Source of the DNA: Octopus bimaculoides
Lineage: Eukaryota
DNA length: 43,991 nt
NCBI RefSeq assembly: GCF_001194135.2
Contig: NC_068981.1
Location: 11,637,243 to 11,681,233, forward strand
Direction: 5' to 3'
Shown here: piece after piece, positions 12,495 to 23,875 of the stretch
How positions within the stretch are numbered: position 1 is the first letter of the stretch
How the letters are laid out: each line of letters opens with the position of its first letter
Program-made: the position numbers and the translations under genes
Notes under the pieces: model-generated
Databases searched by the model: none
What the model was told of the DNA's origin: nothing
Seen by the model: the letters and a program-made list of their open reading frames with translations, nothing else

Positions 12495-13157
12495 TTAAAC
12501 CTTTCTCTGTTGACATCCATTCCAGCGCATCAATTAGAAACACATCAATCACTGTTCCGTCTTTACAGGACAAAGAAATTTTCCGTTATCTTTGTAAGCA
12601 ACAAGTGGGTGTATTTGGTTTCAAACCCAGGAAGGGCTAAACGAGGTCGTACAAGTAATTTATAATAATAAGTAGCGTTATAGCGGTGTTGGAAGAATGA
12701 CGCGTACAATATTGAATATGCTAAGACAATCTGAAAACAATAGAAACTTTTAGACGTTTACCCGTTTTTATGATATTTGGGGTTAACGGACTTGAGTTAA
12801 CGGAAGGTAAATGCAATGGAATTTATTTAGTCCGATTTTTGAAGTTAATTACAAATTTAAATCGTTAAAATGTTTACTTCATTAATTAACGATTAACTGA
12901 TTAGCGGACTAACGCTCAGCTGTATCTCCCTCTACCACTCTCTCTCTCTTCCTTACCCCTCGCTGGTCACATATGCCCAGTTACTAATTCTTTTCTTCCT
13001 TGGCTATTGCCGAGCAAACATACGAACTTACTTTGTCCCGCTTCCAGTTTGTTGCTTCACAGCGTTCAATATACACATAATTTTTCACGTCTGGCCGTAT
13101 AGCCTTTTCTGTTTGTTTTCCTGTCTTGTTTTCTTTTCCGTTTGTTTTCCTCCATGG

Positions 13158-13212
13158 TACAAATTTAATTTGTGTATACAAATTTAATTTGTGTATACAA
13201 ATTTAATTTGTG
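13158..13212. repeat. 19-bp minisatellite, ~2.9 copies, palindromic unit
   Basis: Tandem TACAAATTTAATTTGTGTA. Confidence 0.93.
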
Positions 13213-13461
13213 GTCCGTGGGAAGAGCCATTTTAACGATGCGTCCTGCCCTACTCTTCGAAACGCCTGTGTTAGAATGGGTGCAGCTGATGAAGGAAAAT
13301 ATTCTCTAAGTGGCCTGTGTGTTTTCTGTACGCTAGTTATTATTATTTTTTTGTCTACGTTTTGTTTGCAATGTCCTGTACCCAGATATGCACCTATGTA
13401 TACAGGTAGATGTAGGTATGCACATACTTGTACGTATATATGCATATACTCATTTATTATT

Positions 13462-13507
<46 letters not shown>

Positions 13508-13539
13508 GTATGTGTGTGTGTGTGTGTGCATATATACAT

Positions 13540-13581
<42 letters not shown>

Positions 13582-14045
13582 TTATTATTATTTTATTATT
13601 TTTATTTTATCTAGTTCACCTCACGAGCTGTAACCAGGCTGGGGCACAATAATTTGACGTGGCTACATAATTTTACTTCACGAATGCTTTTTAGGAATTG
13701 ATATATTGACATTTGGTGCATGAGAGACTTTGAGGCAGCTGCCCTCATCTACACCTCCTGCCGCGAAGTTGGTTATATATATATATTTCTGTGTGTGTAT
13801 GTATGTATGTATGTATATATACATATTATCTTTTAATTGTCACTAATAGTCACTAAGGGTGCAAAGGAGCACTTATATTACTAGAAACAAAATTCACCGA
13901 TCCTATAGCTACAAAAAGCACATGGTGTATGTACTGACAGGGGCGATAACTACCCTAGTGCGAGTGACATCATTATACATGCAAGCTAGTTTTGCTTGAA
14001 TTTAAAGGTCGTCACTAGTGACTTCACCGTCGCTTATGGTTAAGC

Positions 14046-14049
14046 TGTT

Positions 14050-14087
<38 letters not shown>

Positions 14088-14330
14088 AGACTGTGTGTGT
14101 ATGTGTGTGAGAGAGAGAAATGAGTAGGTGCGAAGAGAGAGAAAGAGACAGAAATATATGTCGCAAGAAATAGTGTGCGCATGTGGGCGTGTTGCGTGCG
14201 TGTGTGTGTGTGCGCGTGTTTATTCCTGTGTATTGCACTGGTTAGAGGAGTCTGTGCGTGTGTACGTGTGTATGCGTGCTGTGTTTGTCCGGACGGTGTG
14301 TACGTGCGCACATCTGTATGTATGAGTGTG

Positions 14331-14382
<52 letters not shown>

Positions 14383-14402
14383 CGTGCGTGCGTACGTATG
14401 TG
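14046..14402. repeat. Degenerate (GT)n/(GC)n/(GA)n compound microsatellite
   Basis: Direct inspection. Confidence 0.88.
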
Positions 14403-14412
14403 CGATGTGTAT

Positions 14413-14911
14413 TTAGTTTTCTACTACAACTTGCACTCACGAAGCAATCAGATTCATACATTTGCCCTTATTACATTTTCACTCGATTTATTCGTTGGTC
14501 GATATTCATGCACGAGTTATGCCTCATAGGTACTCATTTAGTTTTAATCCAATAGTCGTCTACTAATCTAATTGGTTGCTTTTCTAAGACGCCAAATATT
14601 GATCACATGTCACGGGCACTTAGTGTTTCAGCTGGCTGAGTTGAACTTCACAGCCAGTTGAATACTTTATAGTATCGTTGGTGTTATTACCCTGTGAGTC
14701 TTGTGCATTCTATTTCTTTCAAACATTTATCTTGCATTTTACGTTTTTTCTTATAATTGATAAACAAAACAACAAAAAACTGCTATGGCATTTTAATAAA
14801 TTTAGAAACAGAATTAAATATAGACAACAATTCGTTTTATTGTTTCAAATGTATTTTCAACCCCAAAGACAATTCTCATATCTTCTTACTTCTTCCTCGT
14901 GAGAAATAAAT
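14413..14911. repeat. Dispersed ~500-bp repeat F, copy 2
   Basis: Colinear with 8880-9345. Confidence 0.85.
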
Positions 14912-15056
14912 GCCTCTATTTATATATAGGAGGTGCAGAACCATGTTTCGTCAGTGAAAAGGTCGCCGTTTCAAAGCGACGAAAATATTTCGACAGAAAT
15001 GTAAATTAAACGGTTTTTGTGTCTCCTTGAATGACTTACAAATACCTTCCGCGCTG

Positions 15057-15058
<2 letters not shown>

Positions 15059-15100
<42 letters not shown>

Positions 15101-15109
15101 TATATATAA

Positions 15110-15170
<61 letters not shown>

Positions 15171-15210
15171 TATATATATATATATATAAATATAAATATA
15201 TATATATATG
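15059..15210. repeat. (AT)n/(AC)n microsatellite
   Basis: Direct inspection. Confidence 0.93.
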
Positions 15211-15788
15211 TACTTCTGGCTGTGTATGGTCCACACGTGTTTTTTTTTTCTGTATTCTGAAAACCCGTAAAAATATTTCAAACAAAAACAGGAAACTGAT
15301 CAGTAAAGTATTATAACGTACACTATATCTATAAAATTACAATATACTTGAAATTTCCTACATAAATATATTGAGCAGAAGGAATCTTCGACAAAAACAC
15401 GAAGTCAAACATCGCTGTTTCATCGATCAGGATATTCCCCCACGTGCTTAGGGAAACTTCCCTCATGTGCGTATGGGAAAGTAAAGAAAAATGCCAAAGA
15501 TCCACAACAACGTGCAACTTTATCTCTTAAGAAAAACTCAAGATAAGATAAGAATGCGTGCATTTTGTATAATTTAATTAACGAAATGTTACGAAAGAAA
15601 GTTATAAGTTTCAGACCTACTCGACATTTTCTTCCTTTACTTTACTTCTCTTCTTGCTTTATATATTTATCTTTCCAACGATGTCTGATAAATAGTGGCT
15701 TTCTATTTCTCTGTTAGATTTTTTTTTTTCGGTTATAAGTTAGGCAAGCATTTTTCTATTGAGATAATACAAAAACAAATCAGGCTGG

Positions 15789-15828
<40 letters not shown>

Positions 15829-16274
15829 NNNNNNNNNNNNNNNNNNNNNNNNNNNNNNNNNNNNNNNNNNNNNNNNNNNNNNNNNNNNNNNNNNNNNNNN
15901 NNNNNNNNNNNNNNNNNNNNNNNNNNNNNNNNNNNNNNNNNNNNNNNNNNNNNNNNNNNNNNNNNNNNNNNNNNNNNNNNNNNNNNNNNNNNNNNNNNNN
16001 NNNNNNNNNNNNNNNNNNNNNNNNNNNNNNNNNNNNNNNNNNNNNNNNNNNNNNNNNNNNNNNNNNNNNNNNNNNNNNNNNNNNNNNNNNNNNNNNNNNN
16101 NNNNNNNNNNNNNNNNNNNNNNNNNNNNNNNNNNNNNNNNNNNNNNNNNNNNNNNNNNNNNNNNNNNNNNNNNNNNNNNNNNNNNNAACGTAACTTCCTC
16201 TTTTCTTTCTCTCCACAACTTTCCTCTTATTTACAAATATATTTACTTTCTCACTCACGTACTAGGGATACATG

Positions 16275-16327
<53 letters not shown>

Positions 16328-16812
16328 ATATTGGAACCAATGTGTATCTAGACTGTGTCTCTCTCACTTTCTCCAAATATATATTCATTTTTCCTCTCCT
16401 TTAGCTCTCTCCCTGTAACAGAATTCATGTGTATCTTGCTTCTCTCTTCCTCTGTCTCTCCCTCCCGCTTACTCCACTTCCCCTCTCTCCATCCACCCAA
16501 ATCTACAACCTAATCCCCCAATCTTAACTGCCCTTCATCTGCCCTGCATACCTGCTCTTCCCTCACCTCTGCATCCCTCTCAATCTCCTCTCTGTTCCCT
16601 TCTCTGCCTCAACTTACCTGTGTGTCTGTTCATATTTCTCCTGTCACCCGTTTTGGTCCTGTCATTCCTCCCTCAGTTGGCTTCCCCCCACGCCTACCCA
16701 ACTTATTCCACCTCCCCCTCCGCTTATTCTATCATCACACCTCTGCTCTCTCTATATTTGCAGTCAAAAACCAACTGCACAAACAACCACAACCACACAC
16801 CACAAGGAAGAT

Positions 16813-17345
16813 GACAAGAAATTGGAAGCCTACAGTGATAGGATTGTTCCTGCCTGCCTGGGAAATCGCAGAAGGCGATTCGCCAAATAATTTAATTAAA
16901 GTTGCCCTGAAGAGCAATGGTTTCTCGAGAACTCTGGCACAAACAGAGCGGAAGAAGAATGAGTTTATCCGATTTTATGCGTTCGTACAGCCACGCCTGC
17001 AGAAATTGGACATCGTTATCAAAAGTGGCGAAAAAAATGATGACACTGACTGTGAGAAACCTCACACAGAAAGCAGTGGCAATATCGACACCAAAGATAA
17101 AATGCTTGACAAGGAAGGAAACGAGAAAATTGCGAACAACCACAGTCCCAACGCCTCACAAAGCAGCAATATAGAAGTAGAATAAGAAGAAACCAGACGA
17201 AAGCCAAGTGAAAATGGTTCTCAAATAAAAACCAAATCAAACACTCTCAAAGAAAAATGGTCTATCTGTATGTTCTGCAAAAGAGGTGTCTGCTGCCATA
17301 GAGAGAATGGAATAAACTGCCGCTTTGCGCTGGAGCAGAATCCAT
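16813..17345 (+). pseudogene. Degenerate LINE ORF1 3' part with a truncated Cys/His zinc finger
   Basis: Coding-like ORF 16622-17185, then in another frame ICMFCKRGVCCHRENGINCRFA (C-x7-C-x8-C, final His missing), directly upstream of an APE domain. Confidence 0.6.
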
Positions 17346-17604
17346 CACTCACCCAACAAAAGAAACAACCACAGTTGGAAAAATCTATATCCCAGCACAA
17401 ACTTGCAGAAATAAAGGCCGGACAGAAGTCATATGCAGTGGTATTGCAAGCTGCAGGGGTTCAGCAACACCATTTTTTAAATGTGGCCCACTTGTCATGG
17501 CTACAGACAAAGCCGAACTATGTACCCTCGCACGCAAGACCGTCACAACTGATGGACCCCGGTTAGCCACCACTGTCACCAAGCCACCCATCACACCAAC
17601 ACCA

Positions 17605-17975
17605 ATGTCAGTTCTACTAATGAATATAAGAGGTTTGCCACAGAACAACAACAAATGCAAAATTGCGCACTTGAAGAATCTTTCTGCATGCAATGAAGCT
17701 ATATGCATTACACTTACAGTAACACATCTATCTGCAGACGTAAACGATGCGGTGATACATATACCAATGTATGCTATCTTCCATACAGACAGAAGAACAT
17801 GTCACACCATTAACCGTTATCGAACTCAACTCTGTGTGTGACACACTCATAGTACATTTAAAGCAACTTGATATAGTGATATGCACACTTTATCGACCAC
17901 CTGATGCCTCAAATCCTGATGGAAAATTTTAGGAAAACCTCAGTGCGATAAAGGAAGTACCAACACAATTGGATC
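17605..17975 (+). pseudogene. LINE ORF2 N-terminal APE endonuclease fragment (CR1/L2 group)
   Basis: MSVLLMNIRGL...ICITLTVTHL...VIHIPMYAIFHTDR, then after a deletion/frameshift LDIVICTLYRPPD (YRPP at 17891-17902). These are canonical APE motifs (NIRGL, LTETHL, Y.IFR.DR, YRPP). No RT follows. Confidence 0.85.
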
Positions 17976-18028
17976 AACGTATTACTATATGCCAGATGAG
18001 CCACAGAAACGAATATTTCCTTGCATGT

Positions 18029-18716
18029 TGAAACATTTATAATTCACCTTGATACGAAAAAAGCTGTCAGCGGGCGAGACGAATAAAACAATGTTAAAAA
18101 GTATTACTTTGAGTTAATAGCCTATTATAGTTTCGGGTTTAACTTACAAATTAAATTAATTTTTAAATGATTAATTTAATTTAAATTTGTCAAGTTTGAC
18201 CTTCTTCAGTAATAACCATCCTTATTTACTAAAAATATGAATAATCTAAAAAGTATTACCTTATTCGTCCACAGTCATTCGAATTGCAAGGTATAAAAGT
18301 ATTTCAAAATGAGTGTGACAGAAAGCTAAACTTCCTTATCAAGTTTCAACATGTTGTCTGGCGGCAAACTCAAATATACATATATAAAAAAGAGAGGAAG
18401 ATAGAAACGACTGTTCCCATGCGTATTGAAAAACTAGATGCTTTAATTAAACGTCTATAATTCTTTATAAATTATTCATGTTTTCGTAAATATAGAGGGA
18501 TAGTGCTGAAAAAGGCCATACCTGATAAACTTCAATCTAATTAATCATTTAAAAATTAATTAATTTAATTTGTATGCTAAATCCGAAACTATAGTACGCT
18601 ATAAACTCAGAGAAGCTTCTTTTATAAAGAATATTCTGTTCGTCTCGCCCGCTGACAGCTCTTTTCGTATCAAGGTGAATTATAGATGATTCATTAAAGC
18701 ATCTAGTTTTTCAATA
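18029..18716. mobile_element. Foldback/MITE-like element with ~150-bp TIRs
   Basis: 18031-18176 is the reverse complement of ~18539-18690 (e.g. TATAATTCACCTTGATACGAAAA.AGCTGTCAGCGGGCGAGACGAA). The LINE relic ends just before it. No TSD resolved. Confidence 0.82.
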
Positions 18717-19000
18717 TATATATGTATATATATGTATATATATATATATATATATATNNNNNNNNNNNNNNNNNNNNNNNNNNNNNNNNNNNNNNNNNNN
18801 NNNNNNNNNNNNNNNNNNNNNNNNNNNNNNNNNNNNNNNNNNNNNNNNNNNNNNNNNNNNNNNNNNNNNNNNNNNNNNNNNNNNNNNNNNNNNNNNNNNN
18901 NNNNNNNNNNNNNNNNNNNNNNNNNNNNNNNNNNNNNNNNNNNATATATAAATATATATATATATATATATGCGTGGGTAGATATATTTATGTATATACA

Positions 19001-19057
<57 letters not shown>

Positions 19058-19705
19058 CTCTATATATATATACATGGTCACGTACACGCTAAGCGATGCA
19101 AATTTCTGTATTGTAGACATTGGGTATTTTATTTTCCGTTTTATACTTCCGTGATATCTGGGCAAACATGATGCTGATGCAAAATATATTCCCAATCAAA
19201 CGATTAAGTGTCTAAAAGCAAATTTTATTTAACCTTAAAAGCAAGTGTCAGATATTTTAGCATGTGAACGCAAACAATTTTAATACATTTATTTCTTTTT
19301 TCCTCCTTAAAAAGTCACTTAGCCTTTTACCGTTCTCATCAAACTTTATATAGTGTTTCCTTCTCATTTTGAATTTATTTTATGTGATACTCTGATTCCT
19401 GTATTAAAATTTACTTTGTATCAGTTACAATCTGCTTTCAGCGATCTCTTTTACACTTAAACGAAATTATTTTTTTTATAAGTGCTGGCACATGGGTGAG
19501 TTTTGGATTTTTATACTAACGTATATAGGCACGCACACAGATACACAAATACACATATGAACACACTCATACATATTATATGTAGCTAGCTATATAAGTA
19601 GATGGGAATATAGTAATAGATATGTGCATACATACAGATATTTACATAGAGAGTTTTTTTTCTATCGTATTTTTTTTATTCTCACTCAATCTTTACATCT
19701 GATTC

Positions 19706-19741
19706 CTTTCTGTCGAAGAGCGTAGGCTCGAGACGTAAAAG
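19706..19741 (+). ncRNA. Minimal type-I hammerhead ribozyme relic (PLE-type)
   Basis: CTTT-CTGTCGA-A-GAGC-GTAG-GCTC-GAGA-CGTA-AAAG: stems I and II pair perfectly, GTA triplet present, two core substitutions. Confidence 0.55.
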
Positions 19742-20554
19742 ACGTTTCCATTTTTCCAGTGTGTTAAACTAATACACTTGCTTGTTGTTCCTACACCTGT
19801 CTTCGTCCTTTGGTTTTCTGTAAATTCGAGCTATATGTATAGTAGATACTATTATGTTAAAGAGACAAGGACACACTTCACATAATGGATACTGTTTGTA
19901 CAAGTTATTTTTTCTCTCTTGTAGTGTCCTCAAAGACGGATTTTCGCAAGCAAAACTGATACTGTGAATATTCTTTTGCCATAGAATTCCAGAAAGCTGC
20001 AGATTTAGACACGAAAATAAGACGTAGAGTGCCGTGCATTTTCTAGCATCTGCACACAGCATTAGGGTTGAGATTAGGGGAAGCTTGTGAGAAATGGCCC
20101 GTAGCAAGGCAGTGAGAGTGAGATTTGGTACGGCGGTTCCGCAAAGTAGAAACCATTATAGTGAAGAGAGGAATCAGCATGCTACAGCCTGGAGCGTGTC
20201 GTGTCTGTGAGGGTTTTATGCCAAGTAGTGAAACATTCTTTTTAGGATGATATGAAAAACATCGTAATCATCAGCGGGAACTCATTTAGACATTTATCGC
20301 ACTCACGGAGGTGTCCTACATGACAGTTGTCATTTTCCGACTCTTTTCCACTTTTTTCTTTTCTCTTTACTTACACATTAAAACAAGTCGTTCATATTTC
20401 ATGCATTTACACTGACATAACATTAAGTGATACAACTAAATCGATGCGCTACAACAATAAAAAAGAAACTTGTACATTCCTCAATGAGATGCATATCGAG
20501 GAATATGTTCTGAGTTTATCATATGCACACATAGAAATATACGTATATATATAC

Positions 20555-20755
20555 TCTTTTTCTCTTTTACTTGTTTCGGTCATTTGACTGCGGCTATGCT
20601 GGAGAACCGCCTTTAGTCGAGAAAATTGACCCGAGGACTTATTCTTTGTAAGCTTAGTACTTATTCTAGCGGTTTCTTTTTGCTGAACCGCTAAGTTACG
20701 GGGACGTAAACACACCAGCATCGGTTGTGAGACGAAGTTGGGGGGACAAGCACAG

Positions 20756-20798
<43 letters not shown>

Positions 20799-20843
20799 CA
20801 CATATATATATATATATACATATATACGACAGGATTCTTTCAG
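20555..20843 (-). mobile_element. SINE family C 3' half with internal (TA)n/(TG)n microsatellite; head presumably lost in the gap
   Basis: Minus strand reads CTGAAAGAATCCTGTCGTA-(TA/TG)n-GTCCCCCCAAC...GTTTACGTCCCGTAACTTAGCGGTTCAGC...AATAAGTCCTCGGGTCAATTTTCTCGACTAAAGGCGG...GTCAAATGACCGAAACAAGTAAAAGAG. Family assignment is recalled, not checked. Confidence 0.65.
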
Positions 20844-22223
20844 NNNNNNNNNNNNNNNNNNNNNNNNNNNNNNNNNNNNNNNNNNNNNNNNNNNNNNNNN
20901 NNNNNNNNNNNNNNNNNNNNNNNNNNNNNNNNNNNNNNNNNNNNNNNNNNNNNNNNNNNNNNNNNNNNNNNNNNNNNNNNNNNNNNNNNNNNNNNNNNNN
21001 NNNNNNNNNNNNNNNNNNNNNNNNNNNNNNNNNNNNNNNNNNNNNNNNNNNNNNNNNNNNNNNNNNNNNNNNNNNNNNNNNNNNNNNNNNNNNNNNNNNN
21101 NNNNNNNNNNNNNNNNNNNNNNNNNNNNNNNNNNNNNNNNNNNNNNNNNNNNNNNNNNNNNNNNNNNNNNNNNNNNNNNNNNNNNNNNNNNNNNNNNNNN
21201 NNNNNNNNNNNNNNNNNNNNNNNNNNNNNNNNNNNNNNNNNNNNNNNNNNNNNNNNNNNNNNNNNNNNNNNNNNNNNNNNNNNNNNNNNNNNNNNNNNNN
21301 NNNNNNNNNNNNNNNNNNNNNNNNNNNNNNNNNNNNNNNNNNNNNNNNNNNNNNNNNNNNNNNNNNNNNNNNNNNNNNNNNNNNNNNNNNNNNNNNNNNN
21401 NNNNNNNNNNNNNNNNNNNNNNNNNNNNNNNNNNNNNNNNNNNNNNNNNNNNNNNNNNNNNNNNNNNNNNNNNNNNNNNNNNNNNNNNNNNNNNNNNNNN
21501 NNNNNNNNNNNNNNNNNNNNNNNNNNNNNNNNNNNNNNNNNNNNNNNNNNNNNNNNNNNNNNNNNNNNNNNNNNNNNNNNNNNNNNNNNNNNNNNNNNNN
21601 NNNNNNNNNNNNNNNNNNNNNNNNNNNNNNNNNNNNNNNNNNNNNNNNNNNNNNNNNNNNNNNNNNNNNNNNNNNNNNNNNNNNNNNNNNNNNNNNNATA
21701 TATATATGCATATAGGCACTCCCGCGCCTACACCAAAACAAATTATATTTTTAAAAAATTGCTTAAATAAGATAAACACAGAGTTACAATAACTACAACC
21801 TATATTACCGCATAGATGTAGAGTTAGTTTGTAATAATGGATATCACAATATTACTAGTTCTTGAGAAGTAACGAGATTCCAAGTTACTTTAATAAGGAT
21901 TATTCACAGTAACTAACAAGTATATATACGTATACCCTATACACGTATATTATCGAAGGGAGAACTCAGGAAATAAAACAAAGATAAACGAAACAAGGAC
22001 GAAATATCGATCCTCGAGAAATTTAAATAATAATATATTTTTTTTTTACATAAAGCATTAAAGATATAATTTATATCTAAATTATATTGATTCTTTCAGA
22101 AGTAACAAAATGATATTGCTGTATTGAGAATGCAAGTAATAAACTAAGCAATACTATAATGATTTATTGTGGTTATTAAATTTATTTAGTAAGTCTAATA
22201 AAACTATTTATTTATTTATTTAT

Positions 22224-22337
<114 letters not shown>

Positions 22338-22693
22338 NNNNNNNNNNNNNNNNNNNNNNNNNNNNNNNNNNNNNNNNNNNNNNNNNNNNNNNNNNNNNNN
22401 NNNNNNNNNNNNNNNNNNNNNNNNNNNNNNNNNNNNNNNNNNNNNNNNNNNNNNNNNNNNNNNNNNNNNNNNNNNNNNNNNNNNNNNNNNNNNNNNNNNN
22501 NNNNNNNNNNNNNNNNNNNNNNNNNNNNNNNNNNNNNNNNNNNNNNNNNNNNNNNNNNNNNNNNNNNNNNNNNNNNNNNNNNNNNNNNNNNNNNNNNNNN
22601 NNNNNNNNNNNNNNNNNNNNNNNNNNNNNNNNNNNNNNNNNNNNNNNNNNNNNNNNNNNNNNNNNNNNNNNNNNNNNNNNNNNNNNNNNNNNN

Positions 22694-22727
<34 letters not shown>

Positions 22728-22729
22728 CA

Positions 22730-22851
22730 GTTCTATAGCTATTTGACCTCATCTTGTTTGCTGTTAACACGACATTTCTCTTGATATGCCCTTCAGCCTT
22801 CATCAGGTTTCTTGGGGAAATTTCGAACCTGGGTCCTCATTCCTGAGGTAT
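22730..22851 (-). mobile_element. SINE family D copy 3 (3' segment, inverted)
   Basis: Minus strand reads ATACCTCAGGAATGAGGACCCAGGTTCGAAATTTCCCCAAGAAAC-CTGATGA-AGGCTG...GAAA-TGTC-GTGTTAACAGC...TATAGAAC. Confidence 0.85.
22766..22812 (-). ncRNA. Hammerhead ribozyme relic inside SINE family D copy 3
   Basis: Intact CTGATGA (22800-22806) and GAAA (22775-22778) and a GTC triplet. The 3' strand of stem II is mutated (CAAGA here, CAGCC in copies 1 and 2). Confidence 0.55.
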
Positions 22852-22965
22852 GGGCATATGTCATAGTGGTTTAGAGCGCGGGCTAGTGACCCCCAAATTC
22901 CGACTTCGATTCCAAGCAGTGACTTGAACAATAAAAATAACAGCAACAACAACAACAACAACAAC

Positions 22966-23036
<71 letters not shown>

Positions 23037-23147
23037 TAATAATAATAATAATAATAAAAAATATAATAATGATGATATTAACATCGAAATATCTCAGGAA
23101 TGAGAACCCAGGTTCGAAATTTCCCCAAGAAACCTGAAGAAGACTGA
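22852..23147 (+). mobile_element. SINE family D copy 4 (tRNA head, long (AAC/AAT)n, ends inside the ribozyme)
   Basis: Starts GGGCATATGTCATAGTGGTTAGAGCGCGGGC, matching the head of copy 2. B box CTTCGATTCC. Ends at ...AAACCTGAAGAAGACTGA. Confidence 0.87.
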
Positions 23148-23356
23148 CAGATTTTTACATTTATACACTTAGATATACAAATATATACATATAAGAAAAA
23201 TGTACGGGATTATATAACCAATATATACACATAGATATATAAACCTTCATATTCAAATACATGCATATATATATCCAAATATACGATCATACATATGCAC
23301 ACATAAATGTAAGCATAAGAGAACAAATATATACAGACTTAAAATTTTCTAAACAC

Positions 23357-23875
23357 ATATTTAGAATAGTGTGTGCAAGATAGAACACTCTCACGTCTTC
23401 CATGAAGTAATTTCATCTTAGATGTTAACATACGATTTAATCCATCCATACAGAGGTAGCATCTAGAATCATTAAACTTGTAGGATCTGGCATGACTAAG
23501 TATTTTGCAATTTACGTCGCATACAACAATCCTTCAATTTCCAACTTAGTTTACTTATACTAGTACAGTTAAAGCTATCTCTATTCCCAAACGTGTATTC
23601 ATGGTTTGCGATTCATTTTTTTGATAAAATTTTCCTTTGATCTTAAATAATTTCTACGTTCCGAATCAACCCTACATCTATATACAATATTCTTCTGTAA
23701 ACAATCATTATCAAAATAAGATTTAACCTTATATCTACAATCACAATTTCTAGCTAGATCATTCTCAGTAATATGATTATTATTTCTATCATTGTAAAGA
23801 ATGTCTAATATTTTATTATTAAAGGAAGAAGTAATTTTGAACAATGTTTTAGACACTGAAATTCTTATTATTCTA
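23357..23875 (-). pseudogene. Penelope-like element GIY-YIG endonuclease / C-terminal fragment
   Basis: Frameshifted translation gives RISVS...ITSSFNNKIL...NCDCRYKVKSYFDNDCLQKNIVYRCRV...NYL, then TSISKLSWKLKD, ARSYKFNDSRCYLCM and RRESVLSCTHYSKY. These match in order the PLE blocks HNxKIL, CNCR..CPLxGxCL, VY..YIG, LSKYxWKLK, CxLCxxEK and LNxRxE..CxH. Confidence 0.78.

Noticed and set aside
15380-15470. ILIDETAM on the minus strand resembling a PIF1/RecD Walker B motif
   Set aside because: Isolated 8-aa match with no Walker A or other helicase motifs nearby.
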